Part shown: piece by piece, positions 31,110-40,864 of the stretch | Position numbering within the stretch: the stretch's first letter is position 1 | Layout: each line of letters begins with the position of its first letter | Source: Acutalibacteraceae bacterium | GTDB lineage: Bacteria; Bacillota; Clostridia; Oscillospirales; Acutalibacteraceae | Assembly (NCBI GenBank): GCA_045538095.1 | Contig: JAZSQU010000017.1 | Span: forward strand, 6,614 to 70,613 | Reading direction: 5' to 3' | DNA: 64,000 nucleotides | Notes under the pieces: generated by a model | Told to the model about the DNA's origin: nothing | Database searches by the model: none | What the model saw: the letters and a program-made list of their open reading frames with translations, nothing else | Made by a program: the position numbers and the translations under genes

Positions 31110-31601
31110 TCAGCCTTTAAGTTTTTCAATTATCTCTTTTGAAATTTCCTCCGGTAAAAACGGAGAAACATCGCCGCCAAGTATGCACACCTGCTTTATC
31201 ATGCTGGAGCTGAGGAACATGTGCTCAGTGTTGGCAGCCATAAATAAGGTCTCTGTGTTTTCGTTGAGCTTTTTGTTGATAAGCGCCTGCTGAAATTCAT
31301 CTTCAAAATCAGAAACAGCTCGCAGACCTTTGATTATTGCAATTGCATTCTGCTCTCGTGCATAGTCTGCAAGAAGTCCCATTGATGAGTCAACAACAAC
31401 ATTAGGCAAATCCTTTGTGCATTTCTTTACAAATTCCACTCTCTGCTCAACGGAGAAAGCGTAGGTGCCCATTTTGCGGTGATTTGACATAACAGCCACA
31501 ATAAGCTTGTCAAACATTCCCGCACTTCTTCTGATTATATCCAGATGACCGATTGTTATCGGGTCAAAGGAACCGGGATAAATTGCGATTTTTTCTTTCA
31601 T
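31110..31601 (-). CDS. coaD: Phosphopantetheine adenylyltransferase
   Basis: 163 aa. YPGSFDPITIGHLDII motif. Confidence 0.9.
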   Translation of the reverse strand: MKEKIAIYPGSFDPITIGHLDIIRRSAGMFDKLIVAVMSNHRKMGTYAFSVEQRVEFVKKCTKDLPNVVVDSSMGLLADYAREQNAIAIIKGLRAVSDFEDEFQQALINKKLNENTETLFMAANTEHMFLSSSMIKQVCILGGDVSPFLPEEISKEIIEKLKG

Positions 31602-32152
31602 TCAGTATCGCTCCCTTCGTCGAACCGGTAAACAAACAGACCGGTTTTTCCGTAGCGATACTTTTTCTGAAGACGGAAGGTGCCTGCAGTTTCGGGAACC
31701 TCGTCTTTGAAAGGTGCTTCGCAGATTACAACGCCGCCCTCATTCATAACGTCGGAAATTTTTGAGAGTGCCTTTTCAAGAAGACCTACAGAATAAGGTG
31801 GGTCGATAAAGGCGATGTCGTACTTTTCACTTCTTCTTGTGAGAAATGAAACAGCGTCTGTATTAAGGACAACAGCCTGCTTCTGAAAGCCGGTTGTTTC
31901 AAGGTTCTTTTTTATAACCTCAACGCTCTTTTTTGATGCATCAACAATTACTGCACTGTGAGCTCCTCTTGAAAGAGCTTCAATTGCAAGCTGTCCGCAT
32001 CCACCGAAAAGGTCAAGAACCTTTCTTCCCTCAATTTCAAACTGAATAATTGAAAAGAGAGCTTCCTTTACAATATCGGTAGTCGGTCTTACATCGTCAC
32101 CCTCAAGGGTTAAAAGACGTCTGCCTCTTGCTGTTCCTGTAATAACTCTCAT
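31598..32152 (-). CDS. rsmD: 16S rRNA (guanine966-N2)-methyltransferase
   Basis: MRVITGTARGRRL... and the DPPY motif (FIDPPY). ATG 32152 sits 9 nt after GGGGTG. Confidence 0.85.
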   Translation of the reverse strand: MRVITGTARGRRLLTLEGDDVRPTTDIVKEALFSIIQFEIEGRKVLDLFGGCGQLAIEALSRGAHSAVIVDASKKSVEVIKKNLETTGFQKQAVVLNTDAVSFLTRRSEKYDIAFIDPPYSVGLLEKALSKISDVMNEGGVVICEAPFKDEVPETAGTFRLQKKYRYGKTGLFVYRFDEGSDTE

Positions 32153-32301
32153 CAGACATAACACCCCATATTAAATGTACTATATATTATCATATTTCAA
32201 GGAAAAAAAGCAACACTATTTGCTGAATTTCTGCAGATTTACTTAATTTTCCTCCAAAAATCGACAGATTTTTGCCAAGTTTTCTCAAGAAAAGGAGTTT
32301 A

Positions 32302-33246
32302 TTATTCCAAATTAGCTTTTGATTTACTCTCTTTTCTGCCGTGATTGAAGAGCTTTCTGTTATCAAGAGCCCACATTCTGCCTGTGAATTCGCCCTCTTT
32401 TACCTCTCCTACTGCACTTGTTATTTCGTAAACCGTTGCATCAAGAGTATCAAGCTGGCTGAGAATTTCAGCCTCAAGGAACATAGGTCTTACTGCTGCA
32501 CCGAAATCCGGCTCTCCGTGGTGAGAGATAACCATGTGCTCTAAAAGCATAGCCTTTTCTGAAGATATACCAAGCTCAAGAGCCTTCTGCTCAATTTTCA
32601 TGGCACCCATTACAAGGTGACCTAGAAGCTCACCCTTTACGCTGTATGAAGATACAAGTCCTGCAGGGTTAAGTTCAAACTCGTCAATTTTACAAAGATC
32701 GTGGACAATAATTCCACAGGTAAGCAAATCCCTATCAACAGAAGGATAAAGCATACACACACCCTCGCTGAGCTTCAGTATAGAAAGAGTATGGTACAGA
32801 AGTCCCCCTCTTATAGCGTGGTGAAGCTTAAATGCTGCAGGCCAGGTGAGAATTTCTTTTTCTCTGTCCTTTAAAAGAGCATAGGTAAGGGTTTTAAGCT
32901 CCTCGTCTTTAACTGACGCAACTGCATTCATAATTGCACCCAGCATCATTTCACCTGAGTATTCGGCTGTGGGAACAAAATCGGAAATATTAACGCCGTC
33001 GGTAAGAGTAACTTTTCTGATTTTTTCAACTCTCAGCTGGTCAGCACCGTTGAACTGAGTTACGGTTGCTCTTACCTTAACAAGGTCGCCTGCCTCATAT
33101 GCACCGTGGGTAATTTCACTGTAATCCCAGAGCTTTGCTGAAATCTCACCGTCTTTATCGCAGAGCATCATATCAAGATAGGGTGCTCCCTTTACGTTTG
33201 TTTTTCTGTCTACTGTTTTAATAAGCCAGAAGCCGTCATTTGTCAT
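32302..33246 (-). CDS. yhaM: 3'-5' exoribonuclease YhaM-like (OB-fold plus HD domain)
   Basis: 314 aa. N-terminal OB fold, then an HD domain (HHAIRGGLLYH, VHDLCK). Confidence 0.8.
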   Translation of the reverse strand: MTNDGFWLIKTVDRKTNVKGAPYLDMMLCDKDGEISAKLWDYSEITHGAYEAGDLVKVRATVTQFNGADQLRVEKIRKVTLTDGVNISDFVPTAEYSGEMMLGAIMNAVASVKDEELKTLTYALLKDREKEILTWPAAFKLHHAIRGGLLYHTLSILKLSEGVCMLYPSVDRDLLTCGIIVHDLCKIDEFELNPAGLVSSYSVKGELLGHLVMGAMKIEQKALELGISSEKAMLLEHMVISHHGEPDFGAAVRPMFLEAEILSQLDTLDATVYEITSAVGEVKEGEFTGRMWALDNRKLFNHGRKESKSKANLE

Positions 33247-33646
33247 TATTGCTCTCCTCCTTCGTTATGATATCGAAAAGTTCACGAAGTCTTTCCATAT
33301 TACCCTTAAGATAAAGATAACCGAAAAGAGCTTCAAAGCCTGTTGCGTAGTGGTAATCGCCTTCAGTTGCGTTTTTCGCCTTGTGGTTGGTGTGACAGTT
33401 TCTGCCACGGCGAAAAACTGCAAGCTCTTCCTCACTCAGCAAGTCCATAATCTTTTTAACTGCCGTTGCCTGAGAAGCGGCATTTACGGTTTTTGAAGCA
33501 AGATTATGGAGCTTATTTACAGGTCTGTTAGCCTGACATATAAGCCTTTCGCGGACAAACATATCGAAAACCGTATCACCCATAAAAGCAAGGGTAAGAG
33601 GACTGAGGTTATTCACATCGCAATTTTCATTGTAAAATCGTTCCAT
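33236..33646 (-). CDS. mrnC: Mini-ribonuclease III
   Basis: 136 aa. LAFMGDTVFDMFVRE motif. Confidence 0.85.
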   Translation of the reverse strand: MERFYNENCDVNNLSPLTLAFMGDTVFDMFVRERLICQANRPVNKLHNLASKTVNAASQATAVKKIMDLLSEEELAVFRRGRNCHTNHKAKNATEGDYHYATGFEALFGYLYLKGNMERLRELFDIITKEESNNDK

Positions 33647-33656
33647 TTTGTTATCC

Positions 33657-34928
33657 TTAGTTCATAAATTCAAACTCAAAATCGTAAATGCTTACAATAT
33701 CGCCCTCATTGATTCCTTTTTCACGAAGGGCGTCAATAATACCGCTTGAAATAAGCACTCTCTGGAAATACTGCAGAGATTCGTAGTCGTCAAGGTCGGT
33801 GTGGCAGATAATTCTGATAAGCCAGGGTGCCTCAACGATATATACATCGTCCTCAACCGTGATTTCAAAGCCTGTGTTCTGCTTTGAAAGAAGAGTTTCA
33901 AGGGGAATCTCCTCACTCTCGTACTGTCTCACGGGAGGAAGGGTTGATAGCATTTCAAGAATTGCATCAACTACCTCTTTTGTACCCTCAGTAATAGGAG
34001 CGCACATTTCAAGATATCTGTAGCCTTTTTCTTCAATATAAGCTCTGAATTCTTCTCTCTGCTCGTCTGTTGCAAGGTCGATTTTGTTGCCTACAACAAT
34101 CTGAGGTCTTTCAGCGAGCTCGGGGTTAAAACGCTCAAGCTCAAGGTTGATTTTCTCAAAATCTTCCTTGGGGTCTCTGCCCTCAGAACCTGCAACGTCA
34201 ACTATGTGTACGAGCATACGGCAACGGTCAACGTGACGAAGAAAAGCATGTCCTAGGCCTATTCCCTCACTTGCACCCTCAATAAGACCGGGAATATCTG
34301 CAATTACAAAAGAGCAGCCCTCACCTCTTGAAACCACACCGAGAACGGGAGTGATTGTTGTGAAGTGGTAGTCGGCAATAATGGGCTTTGCCTGACTTAC
34401 AACGGAGATAAAGCTTGATTTTCCCACATTCGGAAAGCCTAAAAGACCAACGTCTGCAAGAAGCTTAAGCTCAAGAGTAACCTCCCATTCCTCACCGGGA
34501 GTACCGGGCTTTGCAAAACGTGGAGTTTGTCTTGTGGGGGTTGCAAAATGGCTGTTGCCCCAACCGCCTCTGCCGCCTTTTGCAGCAATAAAGCTGTCGT
34601 CTGTGGACATATCTGCCATAATAACGCCGCTTTCGTTTTCTTTTATAATTGTACCTCTGGGCACACGGATAACAAGGTCCTCGCCTTTTTTGCCGTTACG
34701 TCTGCCGCCTTGTCCGTCAGAGCCGTTTGGTGCTTTATATTTTCTTTTATACTTAAAATCGTTAAGTGTGGAAAGGTTATCGTCAACCACAAAAACAATG
34801 TCGCCGCCTTTTCCGCCATCACCACCGTCAGGACCGCCTGAAGCGATGTATTTTTCGCGGTGAAAAGCAACTGCACCGTTGCCGCCGTCACCTGCTTTGA
34901 TTTTAATGACCGCTTTGTCGATAAACAT
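33657..34928 (-). CDS. obg: GTPase Obg/CgtA
   Basis: 423 aa. Gly-rich Obg fold, G1 GFPNVGKSS, and a C-terminal TGS-like domain. Confidence 0.9.
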   Translation of the reverse strand: MFIDKAVIKIKAGDGGNGAVAFHREKYIASGGPDGGDGGKGGDIVFVVDDNLSTLNDFKYKRKYKAPNGSDGQGGRRNGKKGEDLVIRVPRGTIIKENESGVIMADMSTDDSFIAAKGGRGGWGNSHFATPTRQTPRFAKPGTPGEEWEVTLELKLLADVGLLGFPNVGKSSFISVVSQAKPIIADYHFTTITPVLGVVSRGEGCSFVIADIPGLIEGASEGIGLGHAFLRHVDRCRMLVHIVDVAGSEGRDPKEDFEKINLELERFNPELAERPQIVVGNKIDLATDEQREEFRAYIEEKGYRYLEMCAPITEGTKEVVDAILEMLSTLPPVRQYESEEIPLETLLSKQNTGFEITVEDDVYIVEAPWLIRIICHTDLDDYESLQYFQRVLISSGIIDALREKGINEGDIVSIYDFEFEFMN

Positions 34929-35138
34929 TGTGTCAGCCTCCTTTTATACACAGTTTGGCATAATCAATTTATTATACTATATATTACGATTTTTTTCAAG
35001 ATTTTAAGCAAAAGAAAAAGTCCCATATCCAACTTCAAAAAAATACTGAAAATTCCTTGCAACTGTACCCGTTTTTATAGTATAATAAGAACTTAAGTTG
35101 GCAGAATCGCTGCCGGAATGGAATTGGAGTTATTAAAA

Positions 35139-36641
35139 ATGAATCAAAGACGAACAGCAGGTGTGCTTATGCACCTTACATCGCTTCCCGGAAAATACGG
35201 TACGGGCGTTATGGGCAAAGAGGCTAAACAGTTTATCGACAGACTTTTTGCAATGGACTTTCATCTGTGGCAGGTGCTTCCACTTAATCCCGTTGATATG
35301 AGTGGCTCACCCTACTGCTCAGTCAGCGCCTTTGCAGGAAATATAAGTTTAATTGACCCTCTCGCCCTTTTTGAAAGCGGTCTTATTACAAAAGAAGAGC
35401 TTTTCGAAAACGAGTACCACGGCTCAATCTATGTTACAGATTATGCCTTCGCTTACAGTAAAAGAATGGGTACTCTCCGCAAGGCCTTTTCACGAATTAC
35501 AGATGACGACAGACAGCTTATTTCCCTTTTCCTGGAGCAGAACGCCTGGGTAAAGGACTACGCCGTATTTATGGCTCTGAAGGCTTTTCACGAGGATAAA
35601 CCCTGGTGGGAATGGAACGAAAAGTTTGTAAGATACGAAAAAGCAATTAAAAATGTTGACTTTCTCAAAGACGAAATCGACTTCTATGCTTTCACCCAGT
35701 ACACTTTCTATACTCAGTGGAGAAAGCTTAAGGAATATGCAAACAGCAAGGACATCAAAATTCTCGGTGATATGCCCATTTACGTAAGCCGTGACAGTGT
35801 TGACGTATGGAGCAACAGAGGACTTTTCGAAATTAACGAAAAAAGTCTTGCACCCACCCACGTTGCAGGTGTACCTCCCGACTATTTTTCAGCTGACGGT
35901 CAGCTCTGGGGCAATCCCCTTTACAACTGGAGCAAGATGGAGAAAGACGGCTTCAAGTGGTGGATTACACGAATTGCAACCTGTCTCAGGCTTTACGACA
36001 AGGTCAGAATCGACCATTTCAGAGCCTTTGCATCATATTGGGCAGTTCCTGCTGAAAGCAAAACTGCAAAGAACGGTGAATGGAGAAACGGCCCCGGCAT
36101 GAAGCTTTTCAACAAGGTTAAGAAAGCCCTTCCCGATGCAGATATTATCGCAGAAGACCTCGGTACCTTCGGTGAAGATGTTGTGAAGCTTCTTGAAGAC
36201 ACAGACTTCCCGGGAATGAGAGTTATTCAGTTCGGCTTTGACCCCGACGGCGACAGCACTCACCTTCCTCACAACTACCCGAAAAACTGCACTGCCTATG
36301 TAGGCACTCACGATAACAACACAATTCTCGGTTGGTTCTTCGATGCCAATGACAGAGAACGTGCCTTTGCGCTTCGTTACTGTTGTTTCGGAGGAAGCAA
36401 CTGGGGTGAAGGCGGACCTTACAGTGGTTCATGCCGTGCCGTTATTGAAGCGGTATGGAAAAGCTCAGCCACAACTGTAATTGTTGCACTTCAGGATATG
36501 GTTGGCTACGGTGCAGATGCAAGAATGAATACACCGGGCACAACAGAAAAGAACTGGTGTTTCAGAATCAGCGAGGATGCCCTGGGTCAGATTGACGAAA
36601 AATACTTTAAAGAGATTAACGCAGTTTACAGACGTTGGTAA
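35139..36641 (+). CDS. malQ: 4-alpha-glucanotransferase (amylomaltase, GH77)
   Basis: GVLMHLTSLPG and RIDHFRAF motifs. ATG 35139 has GGAG 9 nt upstream and is preferred over 35118. Confidence 0.85.
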   Translation: MNQRRTAGVLMHLTSLPGKYGTGVMGKEAKQFIDRLFAMDFHLWQVLPLNPVDMSGSPYCSVSAFAGNISLIDPLALFESGLITKEELFENEYHGSIYVTDYAFAYSKRMGTLRKAFSRITDDDRQLISLFLEQNAWVKDYAVFMALKAFHEDKPWWEWNEKFVRYEKAIKNVDFLKDEIDFYAFTQYTFYTQWRKLKEYANSKDIKILGDMPIYVSRDSVDVWSNRGLFEINEKSLAPTHVAGVPPDYFSADGQLWGNPLYNWSKMEKDGFKWWITRIATCLRLYDKVRIDHFRAFASYWAVPAESKTAKNGEWRNGPGMKLFNKVKKALPDADIIAEDLGTFGEDVVKLLEDTDFPGMRVIQFGFDPDGDSTHLPHNYPKNCTAYVGTHDNNTILGWFFDANDRERAFALRYCCFGGSNWGEGGPYSGSCRAVIEAVWKSSATTVIVALQDMVGYGADARMNTPGTTEKNWCFRISEDALGQIDEKYFKEINAVYRRW

Positions 36642-36751
36642 GAAAATGCAAAATTATCTCTCCCAAAAATGTGCATATCTTAAACTTTGTTATTCGGCAG
36701 GCAGATTTTAACTCTGTAAAGGCGAATACAATCGGAGCGAAGCTCCCCGCA

Positions 36752-36786
36752 TTTCAACTTTCAACTTTTAACTTTCAACTTTAACA
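36752..36786 (+). repeat. Five tandem heptamers TTTCAAC-like just upstream of the aconitase RBS
   Basis: tttcaac tttcaac ttttaac tttcaac tttaaca at 36752-36786. Confidence 0.85.
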
Positions 36787-36807
36787 TAAACGAAAGGATT
36801 GATATAA

Positions 36808-39084
36808 ATGTTAGAAATTATAAAGCACGGTGTGCATCTTGTTGACGGAAGACAGCTTATTGACGGCACACCTGAAGAGCAAAAGACTCAGCTGGACGCT
36901 ATGGGTCTTTCAGAAAGAAATGACAGGAACGGCACAATTGCTTATTCTATCCTTAATTCTCACAACACAAAACCCGACTCAGACAAAATGAGAATCAAGT
37001 TTGACTCAATGATTTCTCACGATATTACCTATGTTGGTATTATTCAGACAGCAAGAGCAAGCGGACTCAAGCAGTTCCCTCTGCCCTATGCTATGACAAA
37101 CTGCCACAACAGTCTTTGTGCAGTTGGCGGTACAATCAACGAGGACGACCACGTTTTCGGTCTTTCAGCTGCTAAAAAGTACGGCGGTATCTACGTTCCT
37201 GCAAACCAGGCAGTTATTCACCAGTACGCACGTGAAATGATGGCAAAGTGCGGCAATATGCTCCTTGGTTCAGACAGCCACACACGTTACGGTGCTCTCG
37301 GCACAATGGGTGTGGGCGAAGGTGGCCCTGAGCTTGTAAAGCAGCTTCTCAACAACACATGGGATATCAATAAGCCTGAGGTTGTTCTCGTTTATCTTGA
37401 AAATGCTCCCAAAAGAGGTGTCGGCCCTCATGATGTTGCAATTGCTCTTTGCGGTGCAGTGTTCAAGGAAGGTCTTGTTACAAACAAGGTCCTTGAATTC
37501 GTAGGCCCGGGTGTGAAAAATCTCAGTATGGATTTCCGTATCGGCATTGATGTTATGACAACGGAAACAGCCTGCCTTTCCTCAATATGGGAGACTGACG
37601 AAAAGGTTAAGGATTTCTACACCGTTCACGCAAGACCAGACGATTACAAGGCACTTTCACCTGAAAAGGTTGCTTACTACGATATGGCAATCAGAATTGA
37701 CCTTTCAAAAATTGAAAGTATGATTGCTCTTCCCTTCCATCCCTCAAACGCTTATACAATTCACGAGCTGCAGCAGAATCCTGACATTCTCTATGAGGTT
37801 GAAAAGGCCGCAGAGGCTCAGTTCGGCGACAAGGTTGACTTCAAGCTGAGAGACAAGGTGGTTGACGGCAAAATCTACGTTGATCAGGGTATTATTGCCG
37901 GCTGTGCAGGCGGTATGTTCGAGAACATCTGCGAGGCTGCTGCAATTCTTGACGGCAAGAGCACAGGTGACGGCTACTTCTCGCTTTCTGTTTATCCCTC
38001 AAGTGTGCCCGTTAACCTTGCACTTCTCAGAAACGGCGTTCAAAGTAAGCTTCTTGAAGCCGGTGCAGTATTCAAGCCCTGCTTCTGCGGACCTTGCTTC
38101 GGTGCAGGTGACGTACCTGCAAACAACGGGCTTTCAATCAGACACACAACCCGTAACTTCCCCAACAGAGAAGGAAGTAAGCCCGGTGACGGTCAGCTTG
38201 CTTCTGTTGCTCTTGTGGATTCACGTTCAATTGCTGCAACTGCTCTCAACAAGGGCGTTCTCACTGCTGCAACAGACATTGAAATTCCCGAATATGACAG
38301 CACATACACCTTTGAAACAGGCGTGTATGAAAAGAGAGTATATCAGGGCTTCGGCAAGCCTGACAGTGATGCCAAGCTGAAATTCGGCCCCAACATCACA
38401 GACTGGCCCAAGATGTACGCACTTGAAGATAATCTTCTCGTAAAGCTCGCTTGCGTAATTCACGACGACGTTACAACAACCGACGAGCTTATCCCCTCCG
38501 GTGAAACATCATCCTACCGTTCAAACCCCTTAAGACTTTCAGAGTTTGCACTTTCAAGAAGAGAGCCTCAGTATGTTCCCAGAGCAAAGGCTGTTGCCGC
38601 TGAGGAAGCAAAGAGAAGAGAAAGCAACTCCTCAGCTGAGGTTATCGATACTCTCAAAAAGGTTACAGACAATGCAGAAGAAACTGCAAAGCACACTCAG
38701 TTCGGTTCATGCGTATTTGCCTGCCGTCCCGGTGACGGTTCAGCAAGAGAGCAGGCTGCTTCATGTCAGAAGGTTCTTGGCGGTTTTGCAAACATCTGCT
38801 ATGAATTTGCAACAAAGCGCTACAGAAGCAACTGCATCAACTGGGGCATTCTTCCCTTCACCATCAGCAAGGATACCGAGTTCAACTACTCAGACGGCGA
38901 CTATGTTTTCGTTCCCGGTATCCGTGAGGCTATCAAGAACGGCACAGAGGAAATTCCCGCAAAGGTAATCACAAAAGACTCCGTTGAGGATATCACCCTT
39001 TACGTAAAGGGACTTACCGAAGAGGAAAAGACAATTATCCTTGAAGGTTGCCTTATGAATTACTATAAGGCGCAGAACAAGTAA
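36808..39084 (+). CDS. Aconitase-family hydratase (aconitate hydratase, clostridial ~750-aa type)
   Basis: 758 aa. Aconitase Fe-S ligand regions (GSDSHT, CGPCFG) and a C-terminal swivel domain. Confidence 0.8.
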   Translation: MLEIIKHGVHLVDGRQLIDGTPEEQKTQLDAMGLSERNDRNGTIAYSILNSHNTKPDSDKMRIKFDSMISHDITYVGIIQTARASGLKQFPLPYAMTNCHNSLCAVGGTINEDDHVFGLSAAKKYGGIYVPANQAVIHQYAREMMAKCGNMLLGSDSHTRYGALGTMGVGEGGPELVKQLLNNTWDINKPEVVLVYLENAPKRGVGPHDVAIALCGAVFKEGLVTNKVLEFVGPGVKNLSMDFRIGIDVMTTETACLSSIWETDEKVKDFYTVHARPDDYKALSPEKVAYYDMAIRIDLSKIESMIALPFHPSNAYTIHELQQNPDILYEVEKAAEAQFGDKVDFKLRDKVVDGKIYVDQGIIAGCAGGMFENICEAAAILDGKSTGDGYFSLSVYPSSVPVNLALLRNGVQSKLLEAGAVFKPCFCGPCFGAGDVPANNGLSIRHTTRNFPNREGSKPGDGQLASVALVDSRSIAATALNKGVLTAATDIEIPEYDSTYTFETGVYEKRVYQGFGKPDSDAKLKFGPNITDWPKMYALEDNLLVKLACVIHDDVTTTDELIPSGETSSYRSNPLRLSEFALSRREPQYVPRAKAVAAEEAKRRESNSSAEVIDTLKKVTDNAEETAKHTQFGSCVFACRPGDGSAREQAASCQKVLGGFANICYEFATKRYRSNCINWGILPFTISKDTEFNYSDGDYVFVPGIREAIKNGTEEIPAKVITKDSVEDITLYVKGLTEEEKTIILEGCLMNYYKAQNK

Positions 39085-39110
39085 ATATAAAACATCTGAC
39101 GAGATTTATA

Positions 39111-39331
39111 CGTAGGGGCGCCCATTGGGCGTCCGCTTTTTTACCACAGCAAAAAAGGTGAAAATTTTACGGACCGTCGGGGACGCCGGTCCCTACGTTT
39201 GTCATTCCGAGATTTAACGAGGAATCTTTCAATTGTTGAGGTTTAAGATTCTTCACTGCGTTCAGAATGACAGCCTTAATAACCCTTCCGTCAGCCTACG
39301 GCTGCCACCTTCCCTTTCAGGGACGGCAAGG
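39111..39331. repeat. Cluster of GC-rich imperfect palindromes (REP/MITE-like intergenic elements)
   Basis: cgtaggg (39111) pairs with ccctacg (39191). ggaccg pairs with cggtcc (39171-39192). tgtcattc...aggaatctt pairs with aagattctt...gaatgaca (39200-39272). cttccgtc...gacggcaag spans 39285-39330 with nested cagcc/ggctg and ccct/aggg. Confidence 0.7.
39116..39142 (+). terminator. Rho-independent terminator of the aconitase gene
   Basis: Arms gggcgccc and gggcgtcc (one G-U pair) with loop att, then cttttttacc. Confidence 0.65.
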
Positions 39332-39449
39332 ATTTGTTTCTGACGGTCAATTGTATCGTCAGTTATTTTGCATTTTGCATTTATTGAGTATTGACGGATG
39401 ATTTTCTATCTGTTAAAATAGCCTCAGAACAAAATGGGAGATGACGAAC

Positions 39450-40745
39450 ATGAGCAGCAAATTCCCTTTGCCGAAAGGCTTTACAATAACGGCTCATACG
39501 GGCTGTGAGGGCACCGAATACAACTCAGCCGAATCTATCCGTGTGGGTGCAGAGTACGGCGAAATTGTTGAAGTGGATTTAAACTTTACAAAAAACGGTG
39601 ACCCCGTTCTAGCTCACACCTTTGCTAAAAAAGATTCTCTGTCCCTCGACGAGGCTTTCTCTGTTCTCGCTGAGCTACCCGGCACAAGAATGAATATTGA
39701 CGTTAAAATCGGCCCTAACCTTAAGGCGGTTTACGACTGTGCAATAAAGCATGGTGTGCAAGACAGAATCCTTTACACAGGCATTGAAAAGGAAAAGCTC
39801 ACCGCCGCCAAAAGAGATACTCCTGAGATTCCCTTTTATCTCAATGTTACCGTAACCCGTTTTAAGATGCTCAGAAAGGGCTACATAGATTATCTTGTTG
39901 AAGAAACCAAAAAGCATGGTGCAATCGGTCTTAATATGAGCTACAAGCCTTGCACAAAGGCGCTTATAGACGCTTTTCACAAAGAGGGACTTATTGTTTC
40001 TCTTTACACCTGCAACGATATAAAAGCTATGCTTAAGGCTATTAAGCTTGGTGCTGACAATATCACCACAAAAAATCCGAAAGCTCTAAAAAAGCTTATT
40101 GAAACACCCTTTTGCTATACTGCCCACACAGGCTGCAGCGGCACAAAGGCTAATTCCCTTGAAGCTATGGAAACCGGTATAAAAAACGGCGCTGACATTG
40201 TTGAATTCGACCTGAGATTCGATAAAAACGGCACTGCTGTTCTTTCTCACGACGAGCCTAAGGACGGAGAGGTCACTCTTAAAGAGGCTTTCGCTTTACT
40301 CAGTAAGCACCCTGAAATTAAAGCCAACGTTGACGTAAAAATCCCCACAGACTTAAATCAGGTTCAGACACTCGCTGAAGAGTACGGTGTTCTCGACCAG
40401 ATTTTCTATACGGGCATTGAGGACGAATTTGTTGCTGCCGCAAAAAAGTACAGCCCGAAGATTTCGTATTATCTCAACGTAAGAGATATTCTTCCGCCTA
40501 AAAAACACACAAGAGAGTATATCTTAACACTTACTGAAAAGGTAAAAGCATCCGGTGCTGTAGGTATCAATTTTAAATATATCTATGCTTCAAAGCTTCT
40601 CGTTGATGTTTTTCAGGAGGAGGGACTGCTGGTTTCAATCTGGACTGTAAACAGCGAAAAGGACCTTTACAGAATACTATCCTACTCTCCCGACAACATC
40701 ACCACCAAAAAGCCTGAATTACTGAGGGAAATTCTCGGCAGATAA
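39450..40745 (+). CDS. Tandem-duplicated glycerophosphodiester phosphodiesterase (two GDPD domains)
   Basis: FTITAHTGCEGTEYNS...VEVDLNFTKNGDPVLAH repeats as FCYTAHTGCSGTKANS...VEFDLRFDKNGTAVLSHD. ATG 39450 lies 9 nt after GGGAG. Confidence 0.75.
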   Translation: MSSKFPLPKGFTITAHTGCEGTEYNSAESIRVGAEYGEIVEVDLNFTKNGDPVLAHTFAKKDSLSLDEAFSVLAELPGTRMNIDVKIGPNLKAVYDCAIKHGVQDRILYTGIEKEKLTAAKRDTPEIPFYLNVTVTRFKMLRKGYIDYLVEETKKHGAIGLNMSYKPCTKALIDAFHKEGLIVSLYTCNDIKAMLKAIKLGADNITTKNPKALKKLIETPFCYTAHTGCSGTKANSLEAMETGIKNGADIVEFDLRFDKNGTAVLSHDEPKDGEVTLKEAFALLSKHPEIKANVDVKIPTDLNQVQTLAEEYGVLDQIFYTGIEDEFVAAAKKYSPKISYYLNVRDILPPKKHTREYILTLTEKVKASGAVGINFKYIYASKLLVDVFQEEGLLVSIWTVNSEKDLYRILSYSPDNITTKKPELLREILGR

Positions 40746-40864
40746 AAAGCATTCCCTGCACGGAGATAATGTTCTCTTTGCAGGGATTTTTTTAGCTTTA
40801 AACCTTGACCTACGGGGAATTATCTGCTAAAATTGGCTTTGTATTTTACAAAAAAGGAGTGCAA

